DNA of 64,000 nucleotides from positions 21,921 through 85,920 of the forward strand of contig CAZWLP010000004.1 in NCBI GenBank assembly GCA_964634565.1. Direction: 5' to 3'. A program made the position numbers and the translations under genes. Each line of letters starts with the position of its first letter. Position 1 is the first letter of the stretch. The notes beneath the pieces were generated by a model. It made no database searches. It had not been told where the DNA came from and was given only the letters and a program-made list of their open reading frames with translations. Of this stretch, positions 38,676 through 48,143 are shown in pieces. This DNA is from an uncultured Rikenellaceae bacterium (GTDB lineage Bacteria > Bacteroidota > Bacteroidia > Bacteroidales > VadinHA17).

Positions 38676-40035
38676 ATTTCTTTATCTTGTTGTAAAGAGT
38701 TTTCCTGCTAATTCCCAGCTCTTTGGATGCCTTAGAATAATTATATGATGTTGTGGCAAGTGCCTGTTTTATGATCTTTATTTCATGATTTTTCAGATCC
38801 AGCATCAGGGATTCGTTTTCCGGCGAATAAAGTCCACTATCAATTAGCAGATCTTCACTTTCAATATAATTGCTTTCGCTTAATATTACAGCTCTTTCAA
38901 TAAGGTGTTCCAGTTCCCTTATATTACCGGGGAATCTGTATCCTGTGAGTCTTTTTATAGCCGACTTGCTTATAATAATGCCTTCTTTTTTATATTTTTT
39001 TGCAAATTTATTAATAAAATGAGTTGCAAGGATGCTTATATCCTCGGGTCGCTCACGAAGGGGTGGAATAGTAATATTTATAGTATTTATCCTGAAGAAC
39101 AGATCCTCCCTGAACCTGTTTTCATAAATAAGATCTTCAGGGTTTATATTGGTCGCACTTATTAATCTTACGTCAGAATGAATCTGGCTACCTGATCCAA
39201 CCTTATTAAAATAACCTGTTTGTAATACCGTAAGAAGTTTCGATTGCAGGGGATATGGAATATTCGCAATCTCATCCATAAAAAGTGTTCCGCCCGCAGC
39301 AAGTTCGAACCTGCCTGCTTTATCTTCCCGGGCATCAGTAAAGGCACCCTTTTTATGTCCAAACATTTCGCTTTCAAAAAGTGTATCGGCTATTGAACCC
39401 ATGTCAATGGAAACAAATATCTTATCTGATCTTTCGGATAGCATATGTATGTACCTGGCTAAAAGACCCTTTCCTGTTCCGCTTTCTCCCAGGATAAGCA
39501 CAGATGCATCTGTCCGGGCTACCTTTTCAGCCATCTGGAGCGCATTCTTCATCAGGGCTGAGTTATATATGATTTCAGGCATATAATTTTGCCCGCTAAT
39601 TATTTGTTTCTGTTTAGATTTTAGTAATCCAAGTTCCTGTCTTGATTTCCTTAGTTTTATTGCAGAATTTACAGTAGCAAGAAGCTTTTCATCGTTCCAT
39701 GGCTTTTGAATAAAATCCACCGCCCCCTCCTTTAATGATTTTACTGCAAGGTTTATATCACCATAGGCGGTAAGGAAGACAACGACATTTTCCTTGTCTT
39801 TCTTAAGTATCTCACGTAACCAGAATAAACCCTCATTACCCGTATTTATTCCAAGTGAGAAATTCATATCCAGCAGAATCAGATCATAAGCCACTTTATC
39901 AATCTCACCGGGGATAAGGTTTGGGTTTGAGATTGTTTTAATAAATGAATAGTGTTCCGACAGTAAAATCTTAAGTGCTATTAATATTTCACGGTTGTCA
40001 TCTGCTATCAGAATATTAGCATCTTTCTGTCTCAT
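38665..40035 (-). CDS. Sigma-54-dependent response regulator (NtrC family); paralog of 25940-27313
   Basis: The ATG at 40035 gives MRQKDANILIADDNRE. LLDMNF, Walker A GESGTGKG, and GAFTDA are present. HTH is KASKELGISRKTLYNKIKKY. Confidence 0.9.
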   Translation of the reverse strand: MRQKDANILIADDNREILIALKILLSEHYSFIKTISNPNLIPGEIDKVAYDLILLDMNFSLGINTGNEGLFWLREILKKDKENVVVFLTAYGDINLAVKSLKEGAVDFIQKPWNDEKLLATVNSAIKLRKSRQELGLLKSKQKQIISGQNYMPEIIYNSALMKNALQMAEKVARTDASVLILGESGTGKGLLARYIHMLSERSDKIFVSIDMGSIADTLFESEMFGHKKGAFTDAREDKAGRFELAAGGTLFMDEIANIPYPLQSKLLTVLQTGYFNKVGSGSQIHSDVRLISATNINPEDLIYENRFREDLFFRINTINITIPPLRERPEDISILATHFINKFAKKYKKEGIIISKSAIKRLTGYRFPGNIRELEHLIERAVILSESNYIESEDLLIDSGLYSPENESLMLDLKNHEIKIIKQALATTSYNYSKASKELGISRKTLYNKIKKYGI

Positions 40036-40061
40036 TTTAATAATTTGTATGAATATACATA

Positions 40062-40094
40062 TTGTGTAATAATTACACAAGTACTTGTGTAAAA
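40062..40094. promoter_or_regulatory. Candidate operator/UAS: 19-bp palindrome plus an extra half-site in the divergent RR / FtsX intergenic region
   Basis: TTGTGTAAT-a-ATTACACAA occupies 40062-40080, with 9-bp perfect arms. A third TTGTGTAA half-site is at 40085-40092. The palindrome is 27 nt upstream of the RR ATG. Confidence 0.4.
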
Positions 40095-40153
40095 TATATA
40101 CAAAAAAATATAATCTGTAATTATATAGCCTTAATATTCAAGGTAATAGATTC

Positions 40154-40170
40154 TGGCATTAATAATGTTT
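40154..40170 (+). promoter_or_regulatory. Candidate sigma-54 promoter upstream of FtsX paralog 5
   Basis: TGGCATtaataATGTTT lies 68 nt upstream of the ATG at 40222. It has the same architecture as 28771 (TGGCAY-N7-GTTT). Confidence 0.35.
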
Positions 40171-40221
40171 CAGGATCAATAAAATATTTTAAAAAAATTC
40201 TATATTTATATATTATTCGAT

Positions 40222-42627
40222 ATGAGAAACTTAAATCTTATTATAATTTTCAGGAATTTTTCAAAGCAAAAATTCTATAATCTGATTAATATCGCTGGCC
40301 TGGCAATTGGTATGGCAGGAGCTTTAATCTTATTGCTCTATGTCACAAATGAGCTTAGTTACGATAAAGTTCACAAGAATATAGACCGGATATACCGGGT
40401 AAATACTGAAATAGATGCTCATGATATGAAATGGGCATCTTCTCCATTCGTTTTGGGGACTAATCTAAATAATGATCTTTCTGATGATATTATGATTGGC
40501 AGAGTATTTCGGCTGCCACAGACTAATGTTAAATTTCAGAATGAATTATTTCCTGTTGAAGATATATATTGTGCTGATAGTGAGATATTCAAAATATTTA
40601 CTCTGAACATTCTTTCAGGAAGGACTGAAGGACTGCTGACAGAGCCTGATGAAGTTGTAATCAGTAAATCTCTGGCCCGGAAATATTTTGGAAAGGAATA
40701 CCCGGTCGGAAAAAGTCTGGTGCTCGAAAACAATGGTGATGAGTACATCTTCAGAATAGGTGCAATTATAGAAGATCTTCCACAAAACACCTCTTTTCGC
40801 CCTGAAATAATAGTCTCACCTGACTTTGGGCTGGATCAACTTGATAAGGTAATATATACATCCAGCACGGAGCCTTTTGGCAGAGAATATTTCAGAACAT
40901 CATGGTATATGTATTTGTTTTTCGATAATTATATATTATTACCTGATAAATATAATCTCTCATTAATTGAAACACAGCTGGAAGCTTATGCAGATAAAAA
41001 CTTTGATAAAAGCCTGGGACTGAAATTTGCCTTACAGAGATATTCTGATATTTATATGAATTCGTCAGATCTGGCCGGAGAATATGATACGGGTGATAAA
41101 CGCAGTGTGCTGATATATTTTCTGGTTTCGATTCTGCTACTTTGTACGGCATTATTCAATTACATATTGATTTCCAGTTCTTTAATTCAAAAAAGGTACA
41201 GGGAGATAAGCTTAAAAAGGATGATGGGTGCAGGCAGGAATAGTATTATTGCTGATATTTTTTGTGAAACAATGTTATACTCGCTTGTTTCTATGCTTCT
41301 GGGGCTTACCTTAACTGAGCTTGCCTTGCCTTTGATGTCTGAGATTCTATTCGGCAAGGATATAGCAATTAATTATTTACAGAATTATCAATTCACTATT
41401 GTTATCATAGTTATATTTCTGCTTGCCGGGGGCTTGTCAGGATTCTTTCTGACATACAGGGTCTTTAGATATACTCCGCTTGATATCCTTTTTTACAGAT
41501 CATCAGCAAAGGGTGTCAGGTCAGGAAGTACAAAGATAATAAGCACATTGCAGTTGATTGTTTCCATTGTTTTTATGGTATGTGCGATGGGTATCTGGTC
41601 ACAGATCAAATATTTCGGCGAGGCGGATATGGGTTTCTCAATGGATAATCTTATTAAGATTGATTTCAGGGATAATGATGCAAAAGCGAGGTATGAGACT
41701 ATTAAGAACAGGCTGCTTGATAACCCATCAGTATTATCGGTGTCAGGATCGATGTGGGCTCCTCCGACAAAGAGTACTATGAATATGAATCTGAAGAGAT
41801 TTGATGATCCAACAATAAAGGTAAATGTTCAGGGACTTATGGTTGATTATGATTTTGCCGGTACCATGGGATTGCGACTGGTCAGTGGAAGGGATATAAG
41901 ACAAAGTGATGATGTGGAAGAGGGAACGGTCCTGATAAACTCAAAAGCCATTGATGCTCTTGGCATAAGTGGCTCGCCCGTTGGTCAGACCACTTCATTC
42001 GGAACAATAGTAGGAGTTGTTGAAGATTTCCATATACATTCTTTTCATAAGGTAGTACCCCCGATGGTAATTCAATATGTTCCCGTGGGTTCAAGAACTA
42101 TGTTATTGAAAGTAGAACAAGGTTCCGGGCCACAGGTTAATAAATTTATAAGGGAGGTATGGGATGAATTCTCATTTGAAAAAGAGGTAAATGTTACATA
42201 TTTAAAAGATTCACTTGCAGACCTGTATGCTGAAGATCTAAGATTTGGAAGGATAATAACGATATTCAGTTTTCTTACTGCTGTTATAGCTCTGCTTGGC
42301 ATCCTTGGTATGTCAAGATTAACAGCAGAGAGAAAAACCCGGGAGATTGGTATCAGAAAAGCCATGGGTGCTGATTCTACCGGTCTGGTTAATTCCGGAT
42401 TACTAACCTACTTAAAAATGATTCTTTTATCTGCTGGCCTGGCTTATCCTGCAGGTTTAATTCTTCTAAGAAGATGGCTTCAGAACTTTGAGTTTCATCG
42501 CAATATAGATCCAGTTATATTTATTTTTACATTACTGATTTTATTTATTGTTGTTTTTATTACGGTCGTTTCACAAATATTACGCTCAGCCAATATTAAC
42601 CCTGTTGAATCATTAAGGCATGAGTAG
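40222..42627 (+). CDS. Double FtsX/MacB-type ABC transporter permease (paralog 5)
   Basis: 801-aa ORF. N-terminus is MRNLNLIIIFRNFSKQKFYNLINIAGLAIGMA. The C-terminus is NINPVESLRHE. Confidence 0.85.
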   Translation: MRNLNLIIIFRNFSKQKFYNLINIAGLAIGMAGALILLLYVTNELSYDKVHKNIDRIYRVNTEIDAHDMKWASSPFVLGTNLNNDLSDDIMIGRVFRLPQTNVKFQNELFPVEDIYCADSEIFKIFTLNILSGRTEGLLTEPDEVVISKSLARKYFGKEYPVGKSLVLENNGDEYIFRIGAIIEDLPQNTSFRPEIIVSPDFGLDQLDKVIYTSSTEPFGREYFRTSWYMYLFFDNYILLPDKYNLSLIETQLEAYADKNFDKSLGLKFALQRYSDIYMNSSDLAGEYDTGDKRSVLIYFLVSILLLCTALFNYILISSSLIQKRYREISLKRMMGAGRNSIIADIFCETMLYSLVSMLLGLTLTELALPLMSEILFGKDIAINYLQNYQFTIVIIVIFLLAGGLSGFFLTYRVFRYTPLDILFYRSSAKGVRSGSTKIISTLQLIVSIVFMVCAMGIWSQIKYFGEADMGFSMDNLIKIDFRDNDAKARYETIKNRLLDNPSVLSVSGSMWAPPTKSTMNMNLKRFDDPTIKVNVQGLMVDYDFAGTMGLRLVSGRDIRQSDDVEEGTVLINSKAIDALGISGSPVGQTTSFGTIVGVVEDFHIHSFHKVVPPMVIQYVPVGSRTMLLKVEQGSGPQVNKFIREVWDEFSFEKEVNVTYLKDSLADLYAEDLRFGRIITIFSFLTAVIALLGILGMSRLTAERKTREIGIRKAMGADSTGLVNSGLLTYLKMILLSAGLAYPAGLILLRRWLQNFEFHRNIDPVIFIFTLLILFIVVFITVVSQILRSANINPVESLRHE

Positions 42628-43099
42628 ATAAGGTCCTGTGAAGCCGATTTTAATATATTAAAGTATTAGATAATATTCGATGGAAATTAATCTGGTTTTC
42701 ACTTTTAAAGATTATATATGATAGCCTTAAAGAGCATTATAATAATATATTTATTCTTTAACACACAAAAATTTTACTCTTTCTGAATCAGGCACACAGA
42801 AAAATTAGTTTTTTATTCCTTTGCCTTTACATATTTATCCATTTTCAGGGTTTTTGCCAGATCTGATTACCTGCCATTACCCTTGAACATATATTCTTTT
42901 TTTGCTAACTGTTGTACTTTCCTGAATTAAATCCTGCCATTCAGGTAAGTGTTAATTGGATTAGAATCCCCATTTGTTTATTCCTGGTACGAGTTTGTTG
43001 AGAAGAATCCCTTGTTTGTATAGTATTTAAGTAAATGATATACAGTTAGATAACAATAGGATATTTTTGACATGTTATACTAAATCTAAATTAAATAAT

Positions 43100-46000
43100 A
43101 TGAAACAAAAACTATTTGTAATGGCTTTTCTGAGCATTCTATCCATAATGGTAAGTGCTCAGAATGTTCAGATCAGCGGAACTGTAAGCAGTTCGGAGGA
43201 CGGTTTGGGCATGCCAGGAGTAACTGTTGAAGTTAAAGGGACAACCATTGGCCAGGTAAGCGATAGAGATGGCCGATATGAAATAAGTGTTCCTTCTAAC
43301 GCAGAGATATTGATATTCAGATTTGTTGGTTACCTGTCGCAGGAAATACCTATAGACGGACGCTCAACCATTGATGTTATTCTTGAACCTGATGTTTATA
43401 ATGTTGATGAGGTTGTTGTAATAGGATACGGAACTCAGAGAAAAAGAGAGGTGACGGGATCAATTGCTCAGGTTCGGGGTGAGGAGATTGCTCACAGAGC
43501 AACTCCGAGTTTTGATGTTCAACTGGCGGGGTCAGCTGCAGGAGTGCAGGTTACAACTCAGAATGGAGTTCTTGGAGAACGTCCTCGTTTCAGGATCAGA
43601 GGAATAGGCTCCATAACATCTGGAACCTATCCTTTAGTTGTAGTTGATGGTATACCTATTTTTACCGGAAATGGTGATGGATATGCCGATGCTAATACTT
43701 TGGGTGATATTAACCCTGCTGATATTGAATCTCTCGAGATTCTTAAGGATGGTTCGGCAACAGCTATTTATGGATCAAGGGCCGCCAATGGAGTTGTTCT
43801 TATTACAACAAAAAAAGGAAGAAAGGGCAAAGCAAAGATTGAATATAATACTTATATGGGTGTTGCTTCGCCTGTCAGATTATTCGATCTTCTTCATACT
43901 GATGATTTTATCATTATAAATAATGAGAAGAGAGCTAATTCAGGCATGAGCGATATTGCTTTTGGAACTGATTATGATACAGATTGGCAGGGGGCAGTAC
44001 TCAGGAGCAATGCATTCCAGCAGGATCATAATCTTTCGGTATCAGGTGCTGATGATGAAACCAGCTATTACTTATCACTTGGCTATACAAGCCAGGAAGG
44101 TGTTACCCTGCCAAATGATATGTCAAGGTTTACAGCCAGAACAAATATTGAAAGAAAGGCAAATGAATGGCTTACCCTGGGAGCTAATATTGGTGTTACC
44201 CAGACTCAGTATAATGGTCTCAACACCGGTACAAACTCACTTTCTGGTAATATATTCTCTGCCATAAGGCAGCTTCCCAATACTCCTATTTATGATGAGA
44301 ATGATCCTTCTGGTTATAATTTTGATGATACGAATCCCAATCTTGTAGGGAGATGGGATAATGCATCAACCATAGGGGATAATATTCCTAATATTGTATA
44401 TGTGCTTAATAATAATGTATACAGGACTAAAAATTTAAGGACACTTGGAAATGCCTTTGCACTGGTTGATTTTTTACCTTATCTTAATTATAAGCTTCAG
44501 TTATCGGTTGATAATTCCATTACAGAAGGTTTACTTTACTGGAACCCTAATCATGGCGATGGCTTTTCAACCAATGGCAGACTTCACAATAATCATTCTA
44601 ATTCTACCAGGTGGAACGTTCAGCATATTATTTCATTTAATAAGACTTTCGGGAGCGATCATAATGTTGCTGCTGTTCTTGTTAATGAATATCAATATCA
44701 GAAGCGAAATGGTTTTTGGGCTTCAGGAACAGACCTGTCTAATGAATTCTTTAATCAAAACCTGATAGATGATTCATATACAAACCATAATTCAGGAGGT
44801 TATTTAAATGAAAATGGTTTTATATCATATGCAGCTAGGCTAAATTATAACTTCAGAGATAAATACTTTATACAGGCATCTTTAAGAAGAGATGCAATCT
44901 CTGCATTACCCGAAGCCAACAGGTATGGCTTATTCCCCGGAGTATCTATGGGATGGAATATTTCTGAGGAGTCATTTATGGATTTTTTATCTGTTCTCTC
45001 AGACTTTAAGATCAGAGGATCATATGCCCAGGTTGGTAATGTTTCCATTGGAGATTATCCTTATCTGGGTCTATATGAATCAGCTCCTTATGGCCCATAT
45101 AACGGACTTGCATTTTCTCAGGCAGGTAATGATCAACTTTTGTGGGAGACCTCAAAAAAGATTAATGTTGGTTTTGATGCTTCATTTATGGAAGGAAGAT
45201 ACAGGTTTACCTTTGATTATTACGTAAATGATCAGGACGGACTTATTCTTGCTGCTCCGACGCCTGCTTCAATGGGAATACCAGGTAATTCAATAACTCA
45301 GAATATTGGCAGAATCAAAAACTGGGGATATGAATTTTCAGGTGATGCTGTAGTGATTTCCAAAAGAGATTTAAAAGTTTCAGTAAATGCTAATTTAACT
45401 CTTGCTCAAAATGAAGTTTTGTCTCTTGTAAGCGGACAGGATATACTTGATGAATATGTTGTAACCAGAGAAGGAGAATCAATGAGATCCCTGTATGGAT
45501 ATGATTACTGGGGATCTAATCCGGCAAATGGCAATCCGGTCTATATAATGGCAGATGGAAGATATGTACAGATAGATATTGATACCTGGAATGAATTATC
45601 ATTTGATCCTGCTGACCCTTCAGCTCCCGGAAGTCCGGATGTTATATCCAGTTCAGACCGCCAGATTCTGGGCGTATCTATACCAACCTATTTTGGTGCT
45701 GTTAACCTAAAAGCAGAATATAAGGGTTTTGATTTCGGAACATTGCTGAGATTCAGTGGAGGCAATCATATAATGAATGTGACCAGAAGCCAGTTGAACG
45801 GACAAAACTTTGTTAATAACAGCACTGAGATACTTGGTCGCTGGCAAAGTGTTGATGAGCCGGGTGATGGATGGACTCCTCGTCTTTCTTTCCAGGCAGA
45901 TCCGATTACAAATCTTACAGGGTATACTAATGGAAGATTTCTTGAAAAAGCAGACTTCCTGAAGATCCAGAATATTACCCTGGGTTATACGCTTCCTAAG

Positions 46001-46174
46001 AGTTTAGTAAGCAGAATAGGAGTAAATGGCCTCAGGGTATATGTACAGGCCCAGGACTTCTTTATGTTTACCAAGTATACAGGAATTGATCCTGAGATGG
46101 AAAATGCCGGAGTAGATAACAATGGAACTCCAAGACAACGGGTTTTCACTTTTGGTTTAAGCCTGAGTTTATAA
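43100..46174 (+). CDS. SusC/RagA-family TonB-linked outer-membrane protein (no STN signalling domain)
   Basis: The ATG at 43100 gives the signal peptide MKQKLFVMAFLSILSIMVSAQN. A CarboxypepD_reg region follows (VQISGTVSSSEDGLGMPGVTVEVKG). Plug motifs are VVVIGYGTQRKREVTGSI and LKDGSATAIYGSRAANGVVLITTKKG. Confidence 0.9.
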   Translation: MKQKLFVMAFLSILSIMVSAQNVQISGTVSSSEDGLGMPGVTVEVKGTTIGQVSDRDGRYEISVPSNAEILIFRFVGYLSQEIPIDGRSTIDVILEPDVYNVDEVVVIGYGTQRKREVTGSIAQVRGEEIAHRATPSFDVQLAGSAAGVQVTTQNGVLGERPRFRIRGIGSITSGTYPLVVVDGIPIFTGNGDGYADANTLGDINPADIESLEILKDGSATAIYGSRAANGVVLITTKKGRKGKAKIEYNTYMGVASPVRLFDLLHTDDFIIINNEKRANSGMSDIAFGTDYDTDWQGAVLRSNAFQQDHNLSVSGADDETSYYLSLGYTSQEGVTLPNDMSRFTARTNIERKANEWLTLGANIGVTQTQYNGLNTGTNSLSGNIFSAIRQLPNTPIYDENDPSGYNFDDTNPNLVGRWDNASTIGDNIPNIVYVLNNNVYRTKNLRTLGNAFALVDFLPYLNYKLQLSVDNSITEGLLYWNPNHGDGFSTNGRLHNNHSNSTRWNVQHIISFNKTFGSDHNVAAVLVNEYQYQKRNGFWASGTDLSNEFFNQNLIDDSYTNHNSGGYLNENGFISYAARLNYNFRDKYFIQASLRRDAISALPEANRYGLFPGVSMGWNISEESFMDFLSVLSDFKIRGSYAQVGNVSIGDYPYLGLYESAPYGPYNGLAFSQAGNDQLLWETSKKINVGFDASFMEGRYRFTFDYYVNDQDGLILAAPTPASMGIPGNSITQNIGRIKNWGYEFSGDAVVISKRDLKVSVNANLTLAQNEVLSLVSGQDILDEYVVTREGESMRSLYGYDYWGSNPANGNPVYIMADGRYVQIDIDTWNELSFDPADPSAPGSPDVISSSDRQILGVSIPTYFGAVNLKAEYKGFDFGTLLRFSGGNHIMNVTRSQLNGQNFVNNSTEILGRWQSVDEPGDGWTPRLSFQADPITNLTGYTNGRFLEKADFLKIQNITLGYTLPKSLVSRIGVNGLRVYVQAQDFFMFTKYTGIDPEMENAGVDNNGTPRQRVFTFGLSLSL

Positions 46175-46192
46175 ATACAAAAATATTTTACA

Positions 46193-47773
46193 ATGAAGAA
46201 TGCACAACTTTATAAAAGCATATTATCTAGGTTAATGCTTATATCTATTATGTCTCTTGGACTTTTTATGATGTCCTGTGAAGATATAATAGATCTTAAA
46301 CCTTATGAATCTGTTTCAGAGGCAACAGCTTTTGATTCTCCCTCCTTATGTGAATTAAGTGTTATGGGAATGTATAATGCTGCACAGGTGGGTTACTATT
46401 CGGGTTCACCCCAGCGTGGATATCCTTTTGGAGCTGCAGTAATAGAACAGAATGATTGTCGTGGAGAAGAAGCTGTTAACGCCCAGACATTTTACAGGTA
46501 CACCTATCTTGGTACCTATACTCCTACAACGGCTAATAATGTAGGTTACTGGATTAGTATTTACAGGCTTATAAACAGAATAAATATAGTAATTGAAGGT
46601 GTGAGAACAGCTGCTGATAATGGAATAATTTCCGCTGAACTGGCTGCTGAGTACGAAGGTGAAGCAAGACTTCTCAGGGGCATGTCTTACCAGGAATTAT
46701 TATTCCATTTCGCTTATCCATATTCTCACACTGCTGATGCATCACATCCAGGGGTACCAATTCATACAACCGCATATACTTCAGGTTCTCAGGTGGATGA
46801 TGTCCTTTCAAAGGGACGTAGCTCTGTAGCTGATGTATATGATCTAATACTGGAGGACTATGATTATGCGGAAGATAATCTTCCTTCTTCTGCAGAAAGA
46901 TCTGGTAATTGGATGATTACACGTGGTACCAGTGAAGCAGCTATTGCCCTTAAAACCCGTACTTATCTGCATATGTATGATATGGATAATGTTATATTAG
47001 AGGGTCAAAAGCTGGTTACTTCAGCTATATACTCGCTTACTGCAGAGCCAGACGGGCCATTCGGACTTTCAGGCTATGCTAATACCGAATCTATCTATTC
47101 AATGGAAAATGATGTCAATAGTAACCCGGGTGTAAATGCTGCTCTTGCATCTCAATATAATAGGAGATTACTTGTGCTGATCAGTCCAATAGTCTGGCGT
47201 AATAAATTCTGGCTGCCAGACGATAAAAGAAGAGAAGAAGGTGTTATGGTATTTACTGTGGAAGGAATAAAGTTTACAAATAAGTATACAGAGACAGTTA
47301 ATATGGATGATCCCTGTCCGCTTATCAGATATGCTGAAGTTCTTCTGAATATGGCAGAAGCATATGCCAGGAAAAATGATGTAATAAATGCACGCGACTA
47401 TCTTAACCAGGTAAGAGACCGCTCTCTTGCAGATCCGGCAACTCAATCCTATCAGGCTACTGATTTCGCCGATAACATAGAATTACTTGAGGCAATCCTG
47501 GGTGAAAGGAGTATCGAATTTGTAATGGAGGGCAGACGCTGGCCGGATATTCACCGTCTGCAGCATTGTCCATATTTTCCTATTGATGGGATACCTGCAA
47601 AGGTAGCCAATGCCTATCCAGACGGATCTTTGTATACTCTGGGAACGGAGTATGATGGTCCACTGGAGGTTCCATCCTATCCTTACACTGATAAACGCTT
47701 CCTGTGGCCTATTCCACAGGTCGAGATAGATGCAAATCCTATACTTGGAGATCAACAAAATCCAGGCTGGTAG
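46193..47773 (+). CDS. SusD/RagB-family outer-membrane lipoprotein
   Basis: Lipobox is LFMMSC. Typical SusD motifs are IRYAEVLLNMAEAYARKND and LGERSIEFVMEGRRWPDIHRL. It begins 18 nt after SusC. Confidence 0.85.
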   Translation: MKNAQLYKSILSRLMLISIMSLGLFMMSCEDIIDLKPYESVSEATAFDSPSLCELSVMGMYNAAQVGYYSGSPQRGYPFGAAVIEQNDCRGEEAVNAQTFYRYTYLGTYTPTTANNVGYWISIYRLINRINIVIEGVRTAADNGIISAELAAEYEGEARLLRGMSYQELLFHFAYPYSHTADASHPGVPIHTTAYTSGSQVDDVLSKGRSSVADVYDLILEDYDYAEDNLPSSAERSGNWMITRGTSEAAIALKTRTYLHMYDMDNVILEGQKLVTSAIYSLTAEPDGPFGLSGYANTESIYSMENDVNSNPGVNAALASQYNRRLLVLISPIVWRNKFWLPDDKRREEGVMVFTVEGIKFTNKYTETVNMDDPCPLIRYAEVLLNMAEAYARKNDVINARDYLNQVRDRSLADPATQSYQATDFADNIELLEAILGERSIEFVMEGRRWPDIHRLQHCPYFPIDGIPAKVANAYPDGSLYTLGTEYDGPLEVPSYPYTDKRFLWPIPQVEIDANPILGDQQNPGW

Positions 47774-47813
47774 TATGTAGATAAATATTAGAATAAAGAT
47801 TAGGTTATTAGGC

Positions 47814-47850
47814 ACAGGGCTCTCTTTTAGAGGGCCCTGTCTTTGTTTAT
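47814..47850 (+). terminator. Rho-independent terminator after the SusD-like gene
   Basis: The stem ACAGGGCTCTC (47814-47824) / GAGGGCCCTGT (47830-47840) has 11 bp with one G-U. The loop is TTTTA, followed by CTTTGTTT. Confidence 0.65.
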
Positions 47851-48143
47851 ATACTTATTAATCTGCTATCGTATTTGATTTTTTAATATGTATATGGCTG
47901 TAATGATTTTATTGATTGAATTGTTCCCTTTGTTGATTTTTTATGGATACGAATTATGATTTGAATAGTTTTATACTAGCGGCAGCCATGAAAATTCGCT
48001 AAGCTGTTTTTTGTAACTTATAAGTTTAAAGAGTCTTATTGTAAAATTGAGAAGTAAATATTCAATATTATTATCAGGAAAGAATGAGTTACATAAGACA
48101 GGTTTTTGTAATTAACAAATATTGTTAGATTTAACAAAATGGA

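Noticed and set aside
40062-40280. 72-aa plus-strand ORF in the divergent RR/FtsX promoter region
   Set aside because: It is AT-rich and low-complexity. It overlaps the start of the well-supported FtsX gene in another frame and spans the palindrome and the sigma-54-like box.
43100-47773. SusC/SusD pair as a classical polysaccharide utilisation locus
   Set aside because: No glycoside hydrolase, lyase, esterase, hybrid two-component or ECF/anti-sigma gene is adjacent. It is therefore not called a PUL, only a SusCD-type transporter pair.
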